Source: Flaccisagitta enflata
Taxonomy: Eukaryota
Length of the DNA stretch: 64,000 nucleotides
Assembly (NCBI GenBank): GCA_965153355.1
Contig: OZ231126.1
Span: 28,644,001-28,708,000, forward strand
Direction: 5' to 3'
A program made the position numbers and the translations under genes. The notes under the pieces are model-generated. The model was not told where the DNA came from and did no database searches. It was given only the letters and a program-made list of their open reading frames with translations. Below are positions 1 through 13,830 of this stretch, piece by piece; the stretch's first letter is position 1; each line of letters opens with the position of its first letter.

Positions 1-332
1 TAGATCTTTGGAAGAGCTTTCCAAATGTCACTGATTTTTTGTGGATTCATCAAAAAACAACCTCGTTATGACTTGCCAAAGTTGATACGGTGGTACAAGT
101 TGATGTAGCATTTCATATTTTACATAAACACCCTAGTTTTACCTATAATTGCCTAATGGATAAACCTGCAGGCCTCTGAGTGGTCTCATTTGGAAGATAT
201 TTTGAAGTAGTATATCAAATTTAAAAAAAAATAAATATGTTGGCCCCTTTAGATCCTCCAAGGCTTTGTTAAAGAGGATCCAAAAATACAAAAAATCTAA
301 AATCTACCAATTAAAGAGATTTGCTTGTTTTT

Positions 333-1037
333 GGGCAGCGGCCCCAAAGGGGCCCATTACGTATGCTTTCACACAAGAGAAATTTCTCCTCCTTCTACGT
401 ACCCCCCCGTTGAGACCCAAATTCTAGTCTTAAGGCCCTTATCCTAGCCCCAGAGCTCAAATCCCAGCCTCAAAGCTCAAATCCCAGCTTCAAAGCTCAA
501 ATCCCAGCCTCAAAGCTCAAATCCCAGCCTCAAAGCTCAAATCCCAGCCTCGAGGCTCAAATCCAGCCTCGAGGCTCAAATTTCAGCCGTGAGGCTCAAT
601 TCCCAGCCTCATGACTCAAACCCAAGCCTCAAAGTTCAAATCCCAGTCACGAGAGTCAAATCCCAGTCACCAGGCTCAAATCCCAGTCACCAGGCTCAAA
701 TCCCAGTCTCCAGGCTCAAATCCCAGTCTCCAGGCTCAAATCCCAGCCTCGAGGCCCAAATTGTAGTCTTGAGGCCCAAATTCTAGCCTCAAGGCTCAAA
801 TCCCAGCCTTGAAGCTCAAATATCAGCTCGAGGCTCTATTCCCAGCCCCAAGGCTCAAATCCCAGCTGCAAGGCTCATATGCCAGCCTCCAGCCCCTGAT
901 TCAAGCTTTGAAGCTCAAATAAAAACAGCATAGGTCAGCGGCCCCTTCGGGGCTGCTGCCCCTCTAACTACCTCACACCATCATACAGTCACATAGGGGC
1001 AACGGGTACCGCTGACCATCTAATGCTTTTGCGACTA
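333..1037 (+). mobile_element. Helentron-associated (HINE/DINE-1-like) element, GGGCAGCGGCCCC family, with 21-bp minisatellite core
   Basis: Inserted in a T-run with no clear TSD; the empty site is in the other foldback arm (~4000). Has subterminal GGGCAGCGGCCCC / GGGGC(C/T)GCTGCCC inverted repeats and tandem GGCTCAAATCCCAGCCTCAA units. Related copies at ~1849-2451, 5979-6572, 15425-16007, 16298-16726, 31126-31520, 33628-34435, 43473-43620, 43647-44123 and 44160-44730. Confidence 0.65.
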
Positions 1038-2821
1038 TTCTCTGTGTTATTGCAGGATGTTGAAAATTTCTATTAAGTAACTGTTATGTTGCATGTAGAA
1101 ATTAGTTAAGACCAACAATGAAGGTTTAGGGTCCATTGAGGCTCTATCTAAAGAGCTCAAAACGCTCAATATAGACTCAATCTTGATCAAAATCTCAACA
1201 TTTTTGGAAAGTTTTTATTGTTTATAACCAAATGAGTGGTACATTTCTTCTCACTCACTGTTATCCAATGCAGGGTAACTGTGGGGGAACAAATATACAA
1301 GTTGAGGGCCTTTAAGAGGTTCATCAAGGGCTTCAAATGACTCAAAATGACCCTAAAATAGTGAAAATCTTGTTATTTGTGGTCTGAAAGGCCTGCTTTG
1401 AGGTCTTAGGGGCCTTATCCTGGATGTCTGAGGCCTGAGTTGGGTCTTAGAGGCTGGAATAAGAGTGTGGGATGCCTGAGTCTGGTTTGAGAGGCCAGAA
1501 TTGGGGTCTAGGAGGCCTGATTTGGGGAATGAGGGGCTTTAATAATACTTATGGTCTAAGAGGCCTGACTACCGGTCTGAGAGGCCTGGGTTAGGATCTT
1601 AGAGGCCAAAAGTGGGGTCTCATAGACCTGATTTGGGGTCTGAGAGCTCTCTTTCGGCCTAGTTTAGGGTCTGGCAGGCCCTATTTGGGGTCCGAAGGGC
1701 TTCAATTAGGGTCGGAGGGTCTGATCTGAAAGGCCTGAGTTGGGTCTGAAAAGTCTGATATGGGGTCTGAGAGGCCTGATTTAGGATCGAAGAGGCTTGA
1801 TTTGGGGTCTGAGGGCCTGATTTTAGGTGGGGGGACAGAAACTGGAAACAGGTCGCCCAAGGGCAATATGTGGTCAGCGATACCCGTTGCCCTGCTTTGC
1901 ATGAATATGAATTGGAGTGAGAGGAAGCAGGGCAGCGGCCCCAAAGGGGACAAAGTCCTGTAAAACACAGGGGGACTTTCGTTCGTCCCTCCAGGCTCTC
2001 TCAGGCCTGAAATCTGCCCTCTCAGGCCTGAAGTCTACCCTCTCAAGCCTGAAATCTGCCCTATCAGGCTTTGAATCTGAGAGAGCAGATTGCAGGCTTG
2101 AGAGGGCAGATTTCAGGCCTGGGAGGGCAGATTTAAGGCCTGAGAGGGCAGATTTAAGGCCTGAGAGGGCAGATTTAAGACCTGAGAGGGCAGATTTCAG
2201 GCCTGAGAGGGTAGATTTAATGCTTGAAAGGACAGATTCAAGGCCTAAGAGGGCAGATTTCAGGCCTGAGGAGAAGATTTCAAGCCTAAGAGGGCGGATT
2301 TTAGGCCTGGGAGAGCCAAGGGGGGGACAAATGGATGGACAGATAGACGGATGGACGCACGGATGGACGCACGGATGGACGCACGGACGGACAAATGAAC
2401 AAAAGTCCCCTGTGTTCTACAGGACTTCGTCCCCTTCGGGACCGCTGCCCAAAAATCATCCTGTGTGAAATCAAAGGTCATCTGTCTGGCCTCTTAGACC
2501 TCAAATCAAGCCTCTCAGACCCCAAATAAGACCTTTCAGACCCCAATTCATATTCAAGCAAAGCAAGGCAACGGGTATCGCTGACCACATATTGCCCTTG
2601 GGCGACATGTTTCCAGTTTCTGTCCCCCCACCTAAAATCAGGCCCTCAGACCCCAAATCAAGCCTCTTCGATCCTAAATCAGGCCTCTCAGACCCCATAT
2701 CAGACATTTCAGACCCAACTCAGGCCTTTCAGATCAGACCCTTCAACCCTAGTTGAAGCCCTTCAGACGCCAAATAGGGCCTGCCAGACCCTAAACTAGG
2801 CCAAAACAGAGCCCAAATCAG

Positions 2822-3440
2822 CACTGCTCTCTGACAGAAGATTTGTGAAAAGAATGATATCACTCCGGGTTTTTCTGCATTTTTGTGTAGGTTATAGGAA
2901 TACAAATCAAGAACTATCCAGTGGAAAATCATCCTTAGAGCGCATTTTGAAAAAAAGTCAGAAATTTATAATTTTTAACTTCATTTTTTATAAAGAATTT
3001 TTCAATTTGATCTGACTCTTTTTTTAACAGCATATTGTTAATCCTGGTAAAATTCCCCTTCATTTGATAGGTCGCACTATATGGTTTTGATGAAAAATCA
3101 GATTTTCATATTTCAGGCCACCGCTGCATTTTTTGTAACGGTGGCTTAAAAAATGAAAACGTTATTTGTTTTTAAAACCATATAGTGCGACCTATCAAAT
3201 GAAAGGGAATTAGATCAGGATTGACAATATGCTGTCAAAAAATTAGTCAGACCAACCTGCAATATTATTCATGTATGATGAAGCTAAAAATCATAGATTT
3301 TGGACTTTTTTTCAAAATGCGCTCTAGGGATGATTTTCCACAGGGTAGTTCTTGATTTGTATGCCTATGACCTACACAAAAATGCAGAAAAAGCCGGAGT
3401 GATATCATTCTTGTCACAAATCCTCTGTCAGAAAGCAGTG
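2822..3440. mobile_element. Chapaev-like (CMC) foldback MITE, 619 bp, 4-bp TSD
   Basis: TCAG|CACTGCTCTCTGACAGA ... TCTGTCAGAAAGCAGTG|TCAG. The opposite arm of the foldback (~1625-1636) keeps the empty site with a single TCAG. Confidence 0.85.
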
Positions 3441-4743
3441 TCAGGTCCATGAGACCCCACTTTTGGCCTCTAAGACCCTAACCTAGGCCTCTCAGACCGG
3501 TAGTCAGGCCTCTTAGACCATATGTATTATTTAAGCCCCTCATTCCCCAAATCAGGCCTCCTAGACCCCAATTCTGGCCTCTCAAACCAGACTCAGGCAT
3601 CCCACACTCTTATTCCAGCCTCTAAGACCCAACTCAGGCCTCAGACACCCAGGATAAGGCCCCTAAGGCCTCAAAGCAGGCCTTTCAGACCACAAATAAC
3701 AAGATTTTTACTATTTTGGGGTCATTTTGAGTCATTTGAAGCCTCTTAAAGGCCCTCAAACTGTATATTTGTTCCCCGCAGTTACCCTGCATTGAATAAC
3801 AGTGAGTGAGTTTGATTATAAACAAAAACTTTCCAAAAATGTTGAGATTTTGATTAAGATTGAGTCTATATTGAGCGTTTTGAGCTCTTTAGATAGAGCC
3901 TCAATGGACCCTAAACCTTCATTGTTGGTCTTAACTAATTTCTACATGCAACATAACAGTTACTTAATAGAAATTTTCAACATCCTGCAATAACACAGAG
4001 AAAAACAAGCAAATCTCTTAAATTGGTAGATTTTAGATTTTTTGTATTTTTGGATCCTCTTTAACAAAGCCTTGGAGGATCTAAAGGGGCCAACATATTT
4101 ATTTTTTTCTAAATTTGATATACTACTTCAAAATATCTTCCAAATGAGACCATTCAGAGGCCTGCAGGTTTATCCATTAGGCAATTATAGGTAAAACAAG
4201 GGTGTTTATGTAAAATATGAAATGCTACATCAACTTGTACCACCGTATCAACTTTGGCAAGTCATAACGAGGTTGTTTTTTGATTTTTGATATTTTTTTC
4301 GTTTACAACATTACTTAGCGTTCTTAAACATTCTTTTACGTTTTTCAAGCATTTTTTAACATTTACTAACATTCTTCAAAATTTTTTGACATTTTTTAAC
4401 ATTTCTTAACATTTTTTAACATTTTGACATTTTGTGTTATTATATAGGACGAGGCACGCGAATGTTGCCCTCTTGGGCCATGTTGTTCCTCACAAGAAAA
4501 AATGGCCTAGTCGCGTTCAGAACGCGGACGTTAGCGCGTTCACGTGACGGAGAAAAGTGGACACAAGGAAAATCACGTTTCAACAATTAGACTCTATCAA
4601 GATTTGTCTTATGCAATTCTATCTGCTCTACGAAGGCTAACGCTATCACCCTCAAAAAAAGTTTAAATTTTCGCGTTTTGTAAACAAAAAGGCAAGCGAA
4701 AAGGTTTTTGGAATTAGGTAAAAATTGAAAACAACTTGCATAT

Positions 4744-4801
<58 letters not shown>

Positions 4802-5567
4802 TCTCTCCGCAAAATTGACTACCTTTGCTTTACTCACTTGCTTCATTCACCTCACTCACTCACTTGTGGACCAGAAGAAATTTTGCAAATAAATGAAAAC
4901 AAGTAGGCCAATAGGTGCGATGGTGTGGATCCTCGAACGAACACGTTACCGACCAACCGACCGACCAACCAACCAACTGACGGACACAGCCTACTATAGA
5001 GGTCCTTTGTCGCACCTAAAAATTTTATGCCTGACTGCCACGTGTAAAGTGAGAATGGGCCATTGGTCAAAAACGGAGGCGCTCTGCCTCGTCGAGTTTT
5101 AACAAGGCCGGATACACGGCAGTCCAGTCGCGGACGGTTGGGCAGGAGCAGTAATGCAAAAACCGCTCGGAATTCAAAAATGTGACAGACCGACCGACCG
5201 ACCGACCGACACGGCAAGGTGTAGAGTCGCGTGTCCGCAACTAAAAAGATGTGTAAGTTTGAAACAAGCCCGACCGGGCAACGATGCGTCCGGCCATGTC
5301 TCTACGTGTATTGATCAGGTTACATAAATGGAGAGACAGATGTTAAAACAGACGGGTGAAACGACTAAGTGGTAAAGAAGGCTGTCAAAACATGTTGGTT
5401 GATCATTTGATTCAGTATAGAATCTCACAGTGGCCAAAAACAGCCGATAAATGTAGTTTTTGCACTTGCGTAACGGACATACGGACCAACGGACGGACCG
5501 ACGGATGGACCAATGGACAGACAGACCCTCTTATAGAGATGCGTTCCTGACGGACGCATCTAAAAAC

Positions 5568-5760
5568 GATCCTGTCTGGTACTGAAAGCCACCTAAGAGT
5601 GATGAGATCGTGATTATCAACATGTTTCAAATGATTGTAACTGCACACAAAGCGCACCATTTTTCTCTGAAAGGCATCAAGTCTATGTTTCAAGTTAGCC
5701 GGTATCCCAATGTACCATGACGACATACAATAGTCCATGTAGATTGTAGGGCTGGACAAG
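5568..5760 (-). pseudogene. Fragment of a non-LTR retrotransposon ORF2 C-terminal region (CR1/L2-like)
   Basis: YMDYCMSSW...LKHRLDAFQRKMVRFV...LITLRWLSVPDRI matches the post-RT DYC..W..LQ..Q..R..L.WL.V..R pattern. Truncated on both sides by HINE-like sequence. Confidence 0.7.
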
Positions 5761-5941
5761 TACTGAGTACACTCAAAAAACAAAAAAGTAAGAGTGACCG
5801 ACGGGCGGATCAACGGACCGACGGACTGACAAAGCGGGGTGTGCCGGTGTGGAGTCGCGTAGCACGCGTTTCAAAAACAAACAAACAGAAGAGAAAAGGA
5901 AGGAAGGAACCAACAAACAATCAAACAAAGAAAATGAAAAA

Positions 5942-5980
<39 letters not shown>

Positions 5981-7573
5981 TCGCAAAAGCGTTAGATGGT
6001 CAGGGGTACCCGTTGCCCCTGTGTTTGTAAATGTGAGTGTGATGGTGAGAGGGGCAGCGGCCCCAAAGGGGCCGATGATCTATGCTCAGTAAGTTTGGAA
6101 GCTTGAGGCTGAAATTTGAGCCTTGCTGCTAGGATTTGAGCCTTGAAGCTGGGATTTGAGCCTGAAGGTTGGGATTTGAGCTTGAAGGTTGGGATTTGAG
6201 CTTTGAGGCTGGGATTTGAGCCTCAAGGCTGGGATTTGAGTCCCAAGATTGGGATTTGAGTCTCAAGGCTGGAATTTGAGCCTCAAGGCTGGAATTTGAG
6301 CCTCGAGGTTGGTATTTGAGCCTTGAAGCTGGAATTTCAGCCTCGAGGCTCAAATTTGAGCCCCAGGCTGGGATTGTCACTTTGGAGCCTCAAGGCTGAA
6401 ATTTGAGCCTCATGGCTGGGAATTTAAGCCTTGAGGTGGGTATTTGAGCCTCAAGACTGGAGTTTGAGCCTCTGTATGGGGACGGATGGAGGAGGAGAAG
6501 GAGGGAGGCTGAGCAGAAATTACCGTATGTGTAAAGCATAGGTCATTAATATCTCTTCGCCGCTTTTGCCCAAAAGGGAACGAAAAAAGAGAAAGAAAGA
6601 AAGAAAATGAAAAAAAAAGAAAAAAAGAAAGGAAGACAGATAGAAAAAAAAGTATAAAAGAAAGAAAGAAAGAAAGAAGAAAAGAGCGAAGAAAAGAAGG
6701 AAGAAAAGAGGGAAGAAAAGAGGAAAGAAAATGTACGTGATGTAAAAAAAAATCAATATACCACTTCAGCTTCAATAAAAAACAATGAACCAGATATGAG
6801 CTGGCATGTCGGGCCCACAGTGTGAAAAACTTGCGGCCCGACAGTAAAAATTTGGGCCTCGGGCCCGCGGGCCCGCTCTATAATCAGGACTGGTTATATG
6901 GTCTCACTGTCTAGGGTCTTACTTTATACAGTCTCACTTAATATAGTCTTACTTTATGCGTTCTTTCTTTATACGACTGCGACGATTTTAACAACGATGA
7001 TGATGCATGATGACGCTGATGACGAAGATGATGACGACGACAATGATGACGACAAAGGTGACATAAAAGACGATAATGACAACGATGACAATGACGACAT
7101 GATGAAGATGATGATTATGAAGACGACGACGATGATTATGATGATGATGAAGACGATGATGATGATGATGGTTACGATGATGATGATTACGATGATGATG
7201 ATGATTGTGAAAATGATAATGCACTTTTACATCAAAATAATGACAAATTTCGCGATATTGATGAATGCATAACCGACCAACCTAGTCGCGTGTCTTTAAC
7301 GTTTAACTAACAATGGCGACAGTTGAAAAAAAAAGCAAAAAGAAAGATAAATTCCAAACGTGATCACATATGAAGACAAAGAACACTATCGCGGGGTACT
7401 TATGCAGAAAAGAGAAAAACATATTGTCCTTAGCATCTGATCATGCTTCTTTCTTGAGGGGCTATGGTGAAAAAAACGCGACCACGCCCGCGTTTTGCCC
7501 TCTTATCACGCTATGGTTTTGGCTGACGACATATCTCTCTTGGGCTTGTTTAAAGAGAAAGAGAGAGAAAGGG

Positions 7574-7717
<144 letters not shown>

Positions 7718-8442
7718 AAAAAAGTTGAAGGGTAACCAACAATCATTATTTTCAAAGTGTCCGATTATTGTTATGTTTGCCTAGAGAGAATGGTTAAGGG
7801 TGAGAAATGTAATGGAGCGGTGATGGTCTGATCGGTGATGCAGTAACTTCCTTCGTCTTGAGAATTTCTTTGAAATCGATACTGTGAGGTCAAACTCTGG
7901 TCGTCTTGGTTTTCTCAACCTCGATTGCGATTAAGACTTAAAAGCCATGCCTCGAATACTTTTTTTTCCCGTTTTATTCACTCACTCGCTGTCGTGAAAC
8001 GTGATTAACCAAATCCAAAGGCTTCGGTCACGTTTTCTGATTCTTTCATCTTTCCATTCCTTAAAGCGCGGAAAAAGCTACTCTATAGAAGACTTTGTCC
8101 GTCCGCTAGTCAGTTAGATTTTTGTTTTGTTTTGTTTTGTTTTTTGTTTTTTGTGTTTTTAACTTGTTCCTTTTTATGGAAAAGGTCGCGCTTAAAATCT
8201 TATTCCTCATCCGAAGATTTTGTCAAACGATTGTACCAACCGATACATATTGAGAAATTCAAACACTTGGAAAAATTACGTGCTCAAAATAATGAATCCA
8301 TTCAGTGCTGATGCTATGCAGACACATGGCATTGTGCAGTGTGCATCAACGAACCTAATCAATATTTTTTTTGACACATTTGTACACCATGTGAAGTACC
8401 AGCTATATCTATTGCGCGGTGTAATCTTGTCCCATTTTTCAC

Positions 8443-8565
8443 CTTGTCGGCGGCTAGAGATGCGCCGCTTTCGACGAGCTCTTGGATGCGATGCGCGTCT
8501 CCGTCGACGAGCGCATCTCGAAGCCGATCGGCCAACGAGACGCCTAAATCCATCGTCGACGCCAT
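8443..8565 (-). CDS. Probable first coding exon of a host ankyrin-repeat protein (resembles the ANKRD6/Diego N-terminus)
   Basis: MASTMDLGVSLADRLRDALVDGDAHRIQELVESGASLAADK followed by donor AAG|GTGAAA in phase 0; L..A...G....(I/V)..L...GA ankyrin pattern. Later exons not identified. Confidence 0.55.
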
Positions 8566-8608
8566 TTACGTGATTCAGACGAGACAAAGAGTGAGAGTTG
8601 GGAGTCGA

Positions 8609-8830
8609 TCGCCGAGTGGAGGGAGTTGAGCGCAGAGTGGAGGGAGTTGAGCGCAGAGTGGAGCTAGAGGGAGTTGAGTGCACAGTGAAGTAAGTTGAGC
8701 TCTGAGTGGAGGGAGTTGAGCGCACAGTGAAGCAAGTTGAGCGCCGAGGGGAGGGATTTGAGCGCAGAGTTGAGCAAGTTGAGTAACGAACTTAGCCTTT
8801 TGGGAGTGGAGGGAGTTGAGCGCAGAGTGA
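8609..8830. repeat. 21-bp minisatellite (GAGTGGAGGGAGTTGAGCGCA)n just upstream of the ankyrin exon
   Basis: About ten degenerate tandem units. Confidence 0.8.
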
Positions 8831-9434
8831 AGGATTTTTAGAGCGCTGTCATGGTTTCCGACGAGCAATTACCTATGAGCGCATTGACACAGCAAGCCGC
8901 GGGCTTTCTCATTCGTTTCATGTAAGAATCTCGCGTTTCGAATGAGTGAATTCCGTTGGCGCGTTGGATGTGATGAGGGGGGGGGGGGTGAGTTGAAGGG
9001 GAGTGAGGTCAAAAAGACCGGAAGTTTTTCAGAGGGAAAAAAGATATAAAGAACGGATTGGAGGTTCTGGCTGCGTGATCGTGAACGAATAAATGGTCGA
9101 TGAAGAAATCGCGTAAGGCGAAAGTTGTTTCTCCGACCTCCGTCTCGAATATTGACGTCGAAACAAAGACAAAGGCGCAATTCAATTGATAAAAGCGTGA
9201 GTAGGACGGAAAAACATTTCGTCAAAAACGCCTGGAAGTTTTAGCCAGGTTGGGATCCATATTCAATAACGATATTACAGCGCAACATATCCGATAGCTT
9301 TTCAATCTGATTGCCGACGGAATTGACGTGACGTGTAATCCATGACTGATCTCCGGGGATGCCGATATTACGGTGACGTAAATTGACTTTATCGTGAGGG
9401 ATAGATGATATATATCCGGTGAGTAGGAGTGAGG

Positions 9435-9557
<123 letters not shown>

Positions 9558-9851
9558 AGAGACAGAGAGACGGAAAGAGAGAGAGAGGCAGAGAGAGACA
9601 GAGAGATTTTAGACTTTGTCAACGGAAGGAAGGGAGGGTTCAATTCTGATGCCTTGGGGAGAAACGCTATTAGCGATTTGCGATTTGCGATTAGCGGTTG
9701 GCGATTAGCGATTAGCGATTTGTATCAACAACTTCGCCACAAGATACTTTCTCTTTCTTTCCGGCGGCTCTAAAGTGGATACAGGACTGTAGCTTGATGC
9801 CTTTATCACGGCACACGTGGGAAGAGGTTATTTTTTTCGGACGAGTTTAGG

Positions 9852-9949
<98 letters not shown>

Positions 9950-11658
9950 ATGCGGTTGTTATGCTGTTGTTTTTTTGTTACAAATGTTGCTGTCGTTGTT
10001 ATTATAGTTTCTGTTGTCGCTGTTATTTTGTTTATGCTGTCTAACATCGTTTACTTTTTCACAATAATCATTTCCCTTATTGTTGTCGCTGTCGTTTATT
10101 CATGCAAAGCGTTGAATGACCGGCTTCCGTTCCACGAGACGTGGTTTCCTCGCAACGCATCGTCGACTCCGAGTCGTTGGTAGACCGAGGATGGCACTGG
10201 AACAGGAAACGTTACAGTTACACGCTACTGGCGACACGGACGCTGACGCCTCGAACGCTGACGTCATGGGTTGAGATGCAAACGACGATGACGATAACGA
10301 CGATAGAGATGACGGCGATGACGACGATGGCGACAAGGAGGATGGCGATGGGAGGGAGTTCGTTGAAGTCGACAAAGTTATCGACGCGGAGATTGCCGAA
10401 ATGCAGCTTTTCCGCTCCATCATGTCAATAAGAGCTTTTTGTTTGTTTGTTTGTTTGTTTGTTTGTTTGTTTGTTAGTGGCATCGATTTATTGATTGGTT
10501 GGTTCATTGATTTTGTTAATTTTCTTCCGCGAGTTTAGGTGTACACATTATCCGATCATGTGTTAAATTTTCAAATTTTTCAGATTTTTTTTTCTTTAAA
10601 TTTGAGTTCATAAAGATTCAGGCTTAACTACGAAAGGGAACACATCCTGACTCGTCTTCATCTTCTTCTTCCATTTGGGATTTTGTGACGAGGAATTTAA
10701 TTGACGAGAAGCCGACAGCGCTCTACGTCATCAAATTACCCCTATTTGAACAGGAATCCTTCAAATGGAACAAACTAGAAAGCGTTCAAAACCATGAACT
10801 TCTTTCTTGTAGGTCCTTGGCGTCGGCACGTGGGGAATAATCCGCTATATAATGTTAAGTTAATGGTAATGTTAATGGTAATGTTTATGTTAAGTGGTCT
10901 TTCTTTTTCTACTTGAACAATTTTCTCCTCTAGCTCCAGGTCGATGTCCAGTTTCCAGATACACGAGCGCTCTCTCTCTCTCTCTCGCGAGTCGAGTCTG
11001 ATGGAGGTTTATTCACTTCTTTTTAAATTTGTTTGCTTTCTGTTGAAAGGGGGGGGGGGAAGAGATGGTCAAAAAACGAATACATAGCATTAACATAGAA
11101 AGAAACGTGACCGGCAATAGGTTACCAACGTGATGCTCGTTATTGACGATTTTTTTTTCTCATATTTCTCCCTTCTTTTTAAGTGCGTCCTCGCACTTCT
11201 ATAAGAGGTCATGTCCGTCGGTCGGTTGGTCGGTCGGTCGGTCGGTTGGTCGGTTGGTTGGTTGGTCGGTCACTCAAACGTTTGAAATGCGCAAAACGGC
11301 TGATTCTGACGTATTTCTTCATTCCTATCACCTTTCATGCCTCACCACATTCATATTCATTCATTCAATCATTCATTCATTCATTCATTCATTCATTCAT
11401 TCATTCATTCATTCATTCATTCATTCATTCATCAAAAACGTTCATTCACAAAATCTTAATCAAGCGAGGCGCCCTTATTGGCCTTCACTTGGCCTTGTTT
11501 TTCTTGATTTTGTCTCTTCTTAATTCTTCAAGCAACTGTATTATAAACAGGGCTACTTACTGAATGAAGGGTTAACAGACAGACTATTTGGGAAAAAAAG
11601 TCATGCCTGCTGCAAATTTTCTTATGTAATAGTGTTGTGCCCTAAACATTTTGTGTCG

Positions 11659-11800
<142 letters not shown>

Positions 11801-12302
11801 TTTTTTTGGTTCGACAAAGCACCTCTATAACTGGCTCTGTCTGTCGGTTGGTTGGTTGGTCAGTTGGTCGGTTGGTCTGTCTGTAACGCATTCATTCTAC
11901 GATCAACACGTCGCACCTATTGGCCTACTTGGCCTTGTTTATTCTTTTATAGTTGCGGACACGCAACTCTATAAAAGGCTTTGTCCGTCCTTTGGTCCGT
12001 CCGCCTGTCCGTCCGTCCATCCATCCGTCCATCCGTCCTTCCGTCTGTCCGTCCGTCCGTCGGTCCGTCCGTCCGTCCGTTGGTCTGTACTACCTAGGAA
12101 AAAAGTATATCTACACCTGGGATACAATATGATTTAGTGACCTAATATTCATTCAATCATTATACAAAAAGTGTTAATATATAATATAACTTATTTTTCA
12201 ACTAAAAATTCTTATGAAAGTTTTGGGAAGCAATATCTAAAGCCATTCTAACTTATTATAGAAGATATGGTGTTAACACTCATAGGCAAATTTATAATTT
12301 AG

Positions 12303-12751
12303 GAAGAAGTTTATATTTATATCTGCCATTTCAAAACGTACAAAACCACAGAAACCAGAATGAGATTTTTGCTTGGTGCGGTGTTGTCATTGGCGCTACG
12401 ATACTTGTCAGTGAATTTATTCTGGCGAGTTTTGTTCTCATCAAATTGAGAATGAGACGGAATTCGGTCGATCGTGAATTCCGGACATCAAGCGAAGTGG
12501 ATTTTGAAAGATTAGTCGCGCTCGTGGCTTTGGTCTTCTGTTGTAGCTTGGTTATCAATTTGATTGATTATGTCGACCGTTTACATGCCAAGGATGAGTT
12601 GAGTGCGAACAGTAATTTTTGGAATCATTGGGGTACAATATCTACAATCGTCAATTCGAGCATTAATCTCATTATTTACCTTACTGCTTCTCGTAATTTT
12701 CGCGCCGCTTTTATCGTATTTGGCGCAAAAGTCAAAAGATGCATTGCCTAG
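12303..12751 (+). CDS. Terminal exon of a rhodopsin-family (class A) GPCR, TM5-TM7
   Basis: Acceptor taatttAG at 12301-12302. The open frame has three hydrophobic helices and ends ISTIVNSSINLIIYLTASRNFRAAF (NPxxY-equivalent plus helix 8), with TAG at 12749-12751. Upstream exons not found. Confidence 0.7.
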
Positions 12752-13830
12752 TAATACCTAATGGTCATAATGCTTTGTAAAACAAATGACTGATCTGTAA
12801 ACTGTCATCTGCCCTTTACATGCATGGAAAAAGAAGAAAAAAAGTTTCCTTCGCTGTTAGCGTCTACTTAACTGTTAGCGACAAATTGTCATTTTGAATA
12901 GGTTTGAAAAAATATGATAGAATCTTACATCTAGCGATGAAAGGGCCTCTTTCTTTGAAATTTGAATCTAACCTAACACATAGATACATAGAAAATCAAC
13001 GTCCAAGGATTAAATGAAATCCGTTTCAATAGTTCCAACAATTTCAATCTGGTCCTCTCGTTTTGTTTTCACGCGCTTTTGAATGTTACCATTAGCCATA
13101 GAAACTCAAATCAACATGGAAGCCCGATACAGGGCCAACATCGGTATTTTTAGTCACACTTTCTTTGCGTGTTATCCAGTGACACACCCACGTACACAGC
13201 TAGCACGTGATTTGACATTCTAGGCACTTCTATGGCATAAAATGACTTCTACGGCTTCGACTGCTTAGAATTAGAAAGCGGATTTTCTTGCGCGTCATTT
13301 GCCTCTTTTTTTTTCTTTTATTTCCAGCGTCATTTCCTCCGTTTCAGCCAATTGAACCTTTTTGCGCCTTTACTCACTTTGTTACTCTACTCAGTGGGGA
13401 GATGACGGGGAAGAGTTAAAATGAGGTGGGGCGTAAAGAAGAGAAATGAAGCGTGTTAGTTGTAAAAATGATATGGGGCGTATAGAAGAAAGATAGAGTG
13501 TGTTAGTTGCTAGGTTGTGGTGGGAAGTAAAGAAGAAAGATGTGTGTTAGTTGTTGAAATAAGGTGGGGCGTAAGAAGTGAATGGGAGGCTAAAGGCGTG
13601 TTAAGCGCCAAAATGAGGTAAGGCATGAAGAAGTGTAACGAGTTTTGTTAGGTGTTAAAATGCGGTGGAGCGTAAAGAAGTGTGTGGGTGGATTGAATTA
13701 GGTGTTAAGATGGGGTGGGGCATGATAAGTGTGACGGGGTGTGTGAGGTGTTGAAGATAGGAGGGATACTAAAGTGTCATAAGAACGTGGCACGTAACAA
13801 AAACTAAGCTGGGTGTTCGGATTATTGCTA

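Larger units (their letters stand above)
50..4284. repeat. ~4.2-kb foldback (inverted duplication): arms ~50-1914 and ~2543-4284, spacer ~630 bp
   Basis: 50-330 is the reverse complement of 4002-4284; 1038-1630 of 3441-4002; 1630-1914 of 2543-2821. Each arm carries a different later insertion. Confidence 0.9.

Noticed and set aside
589-2932. ORFs with 7-aa periodicity (RPERADL, EAQIPAS); similar ORFs at 6129, 15507, 16284 and 43673
   Set aside because: They arise from the 21-bp minisatellite cores of HINE-like elements.
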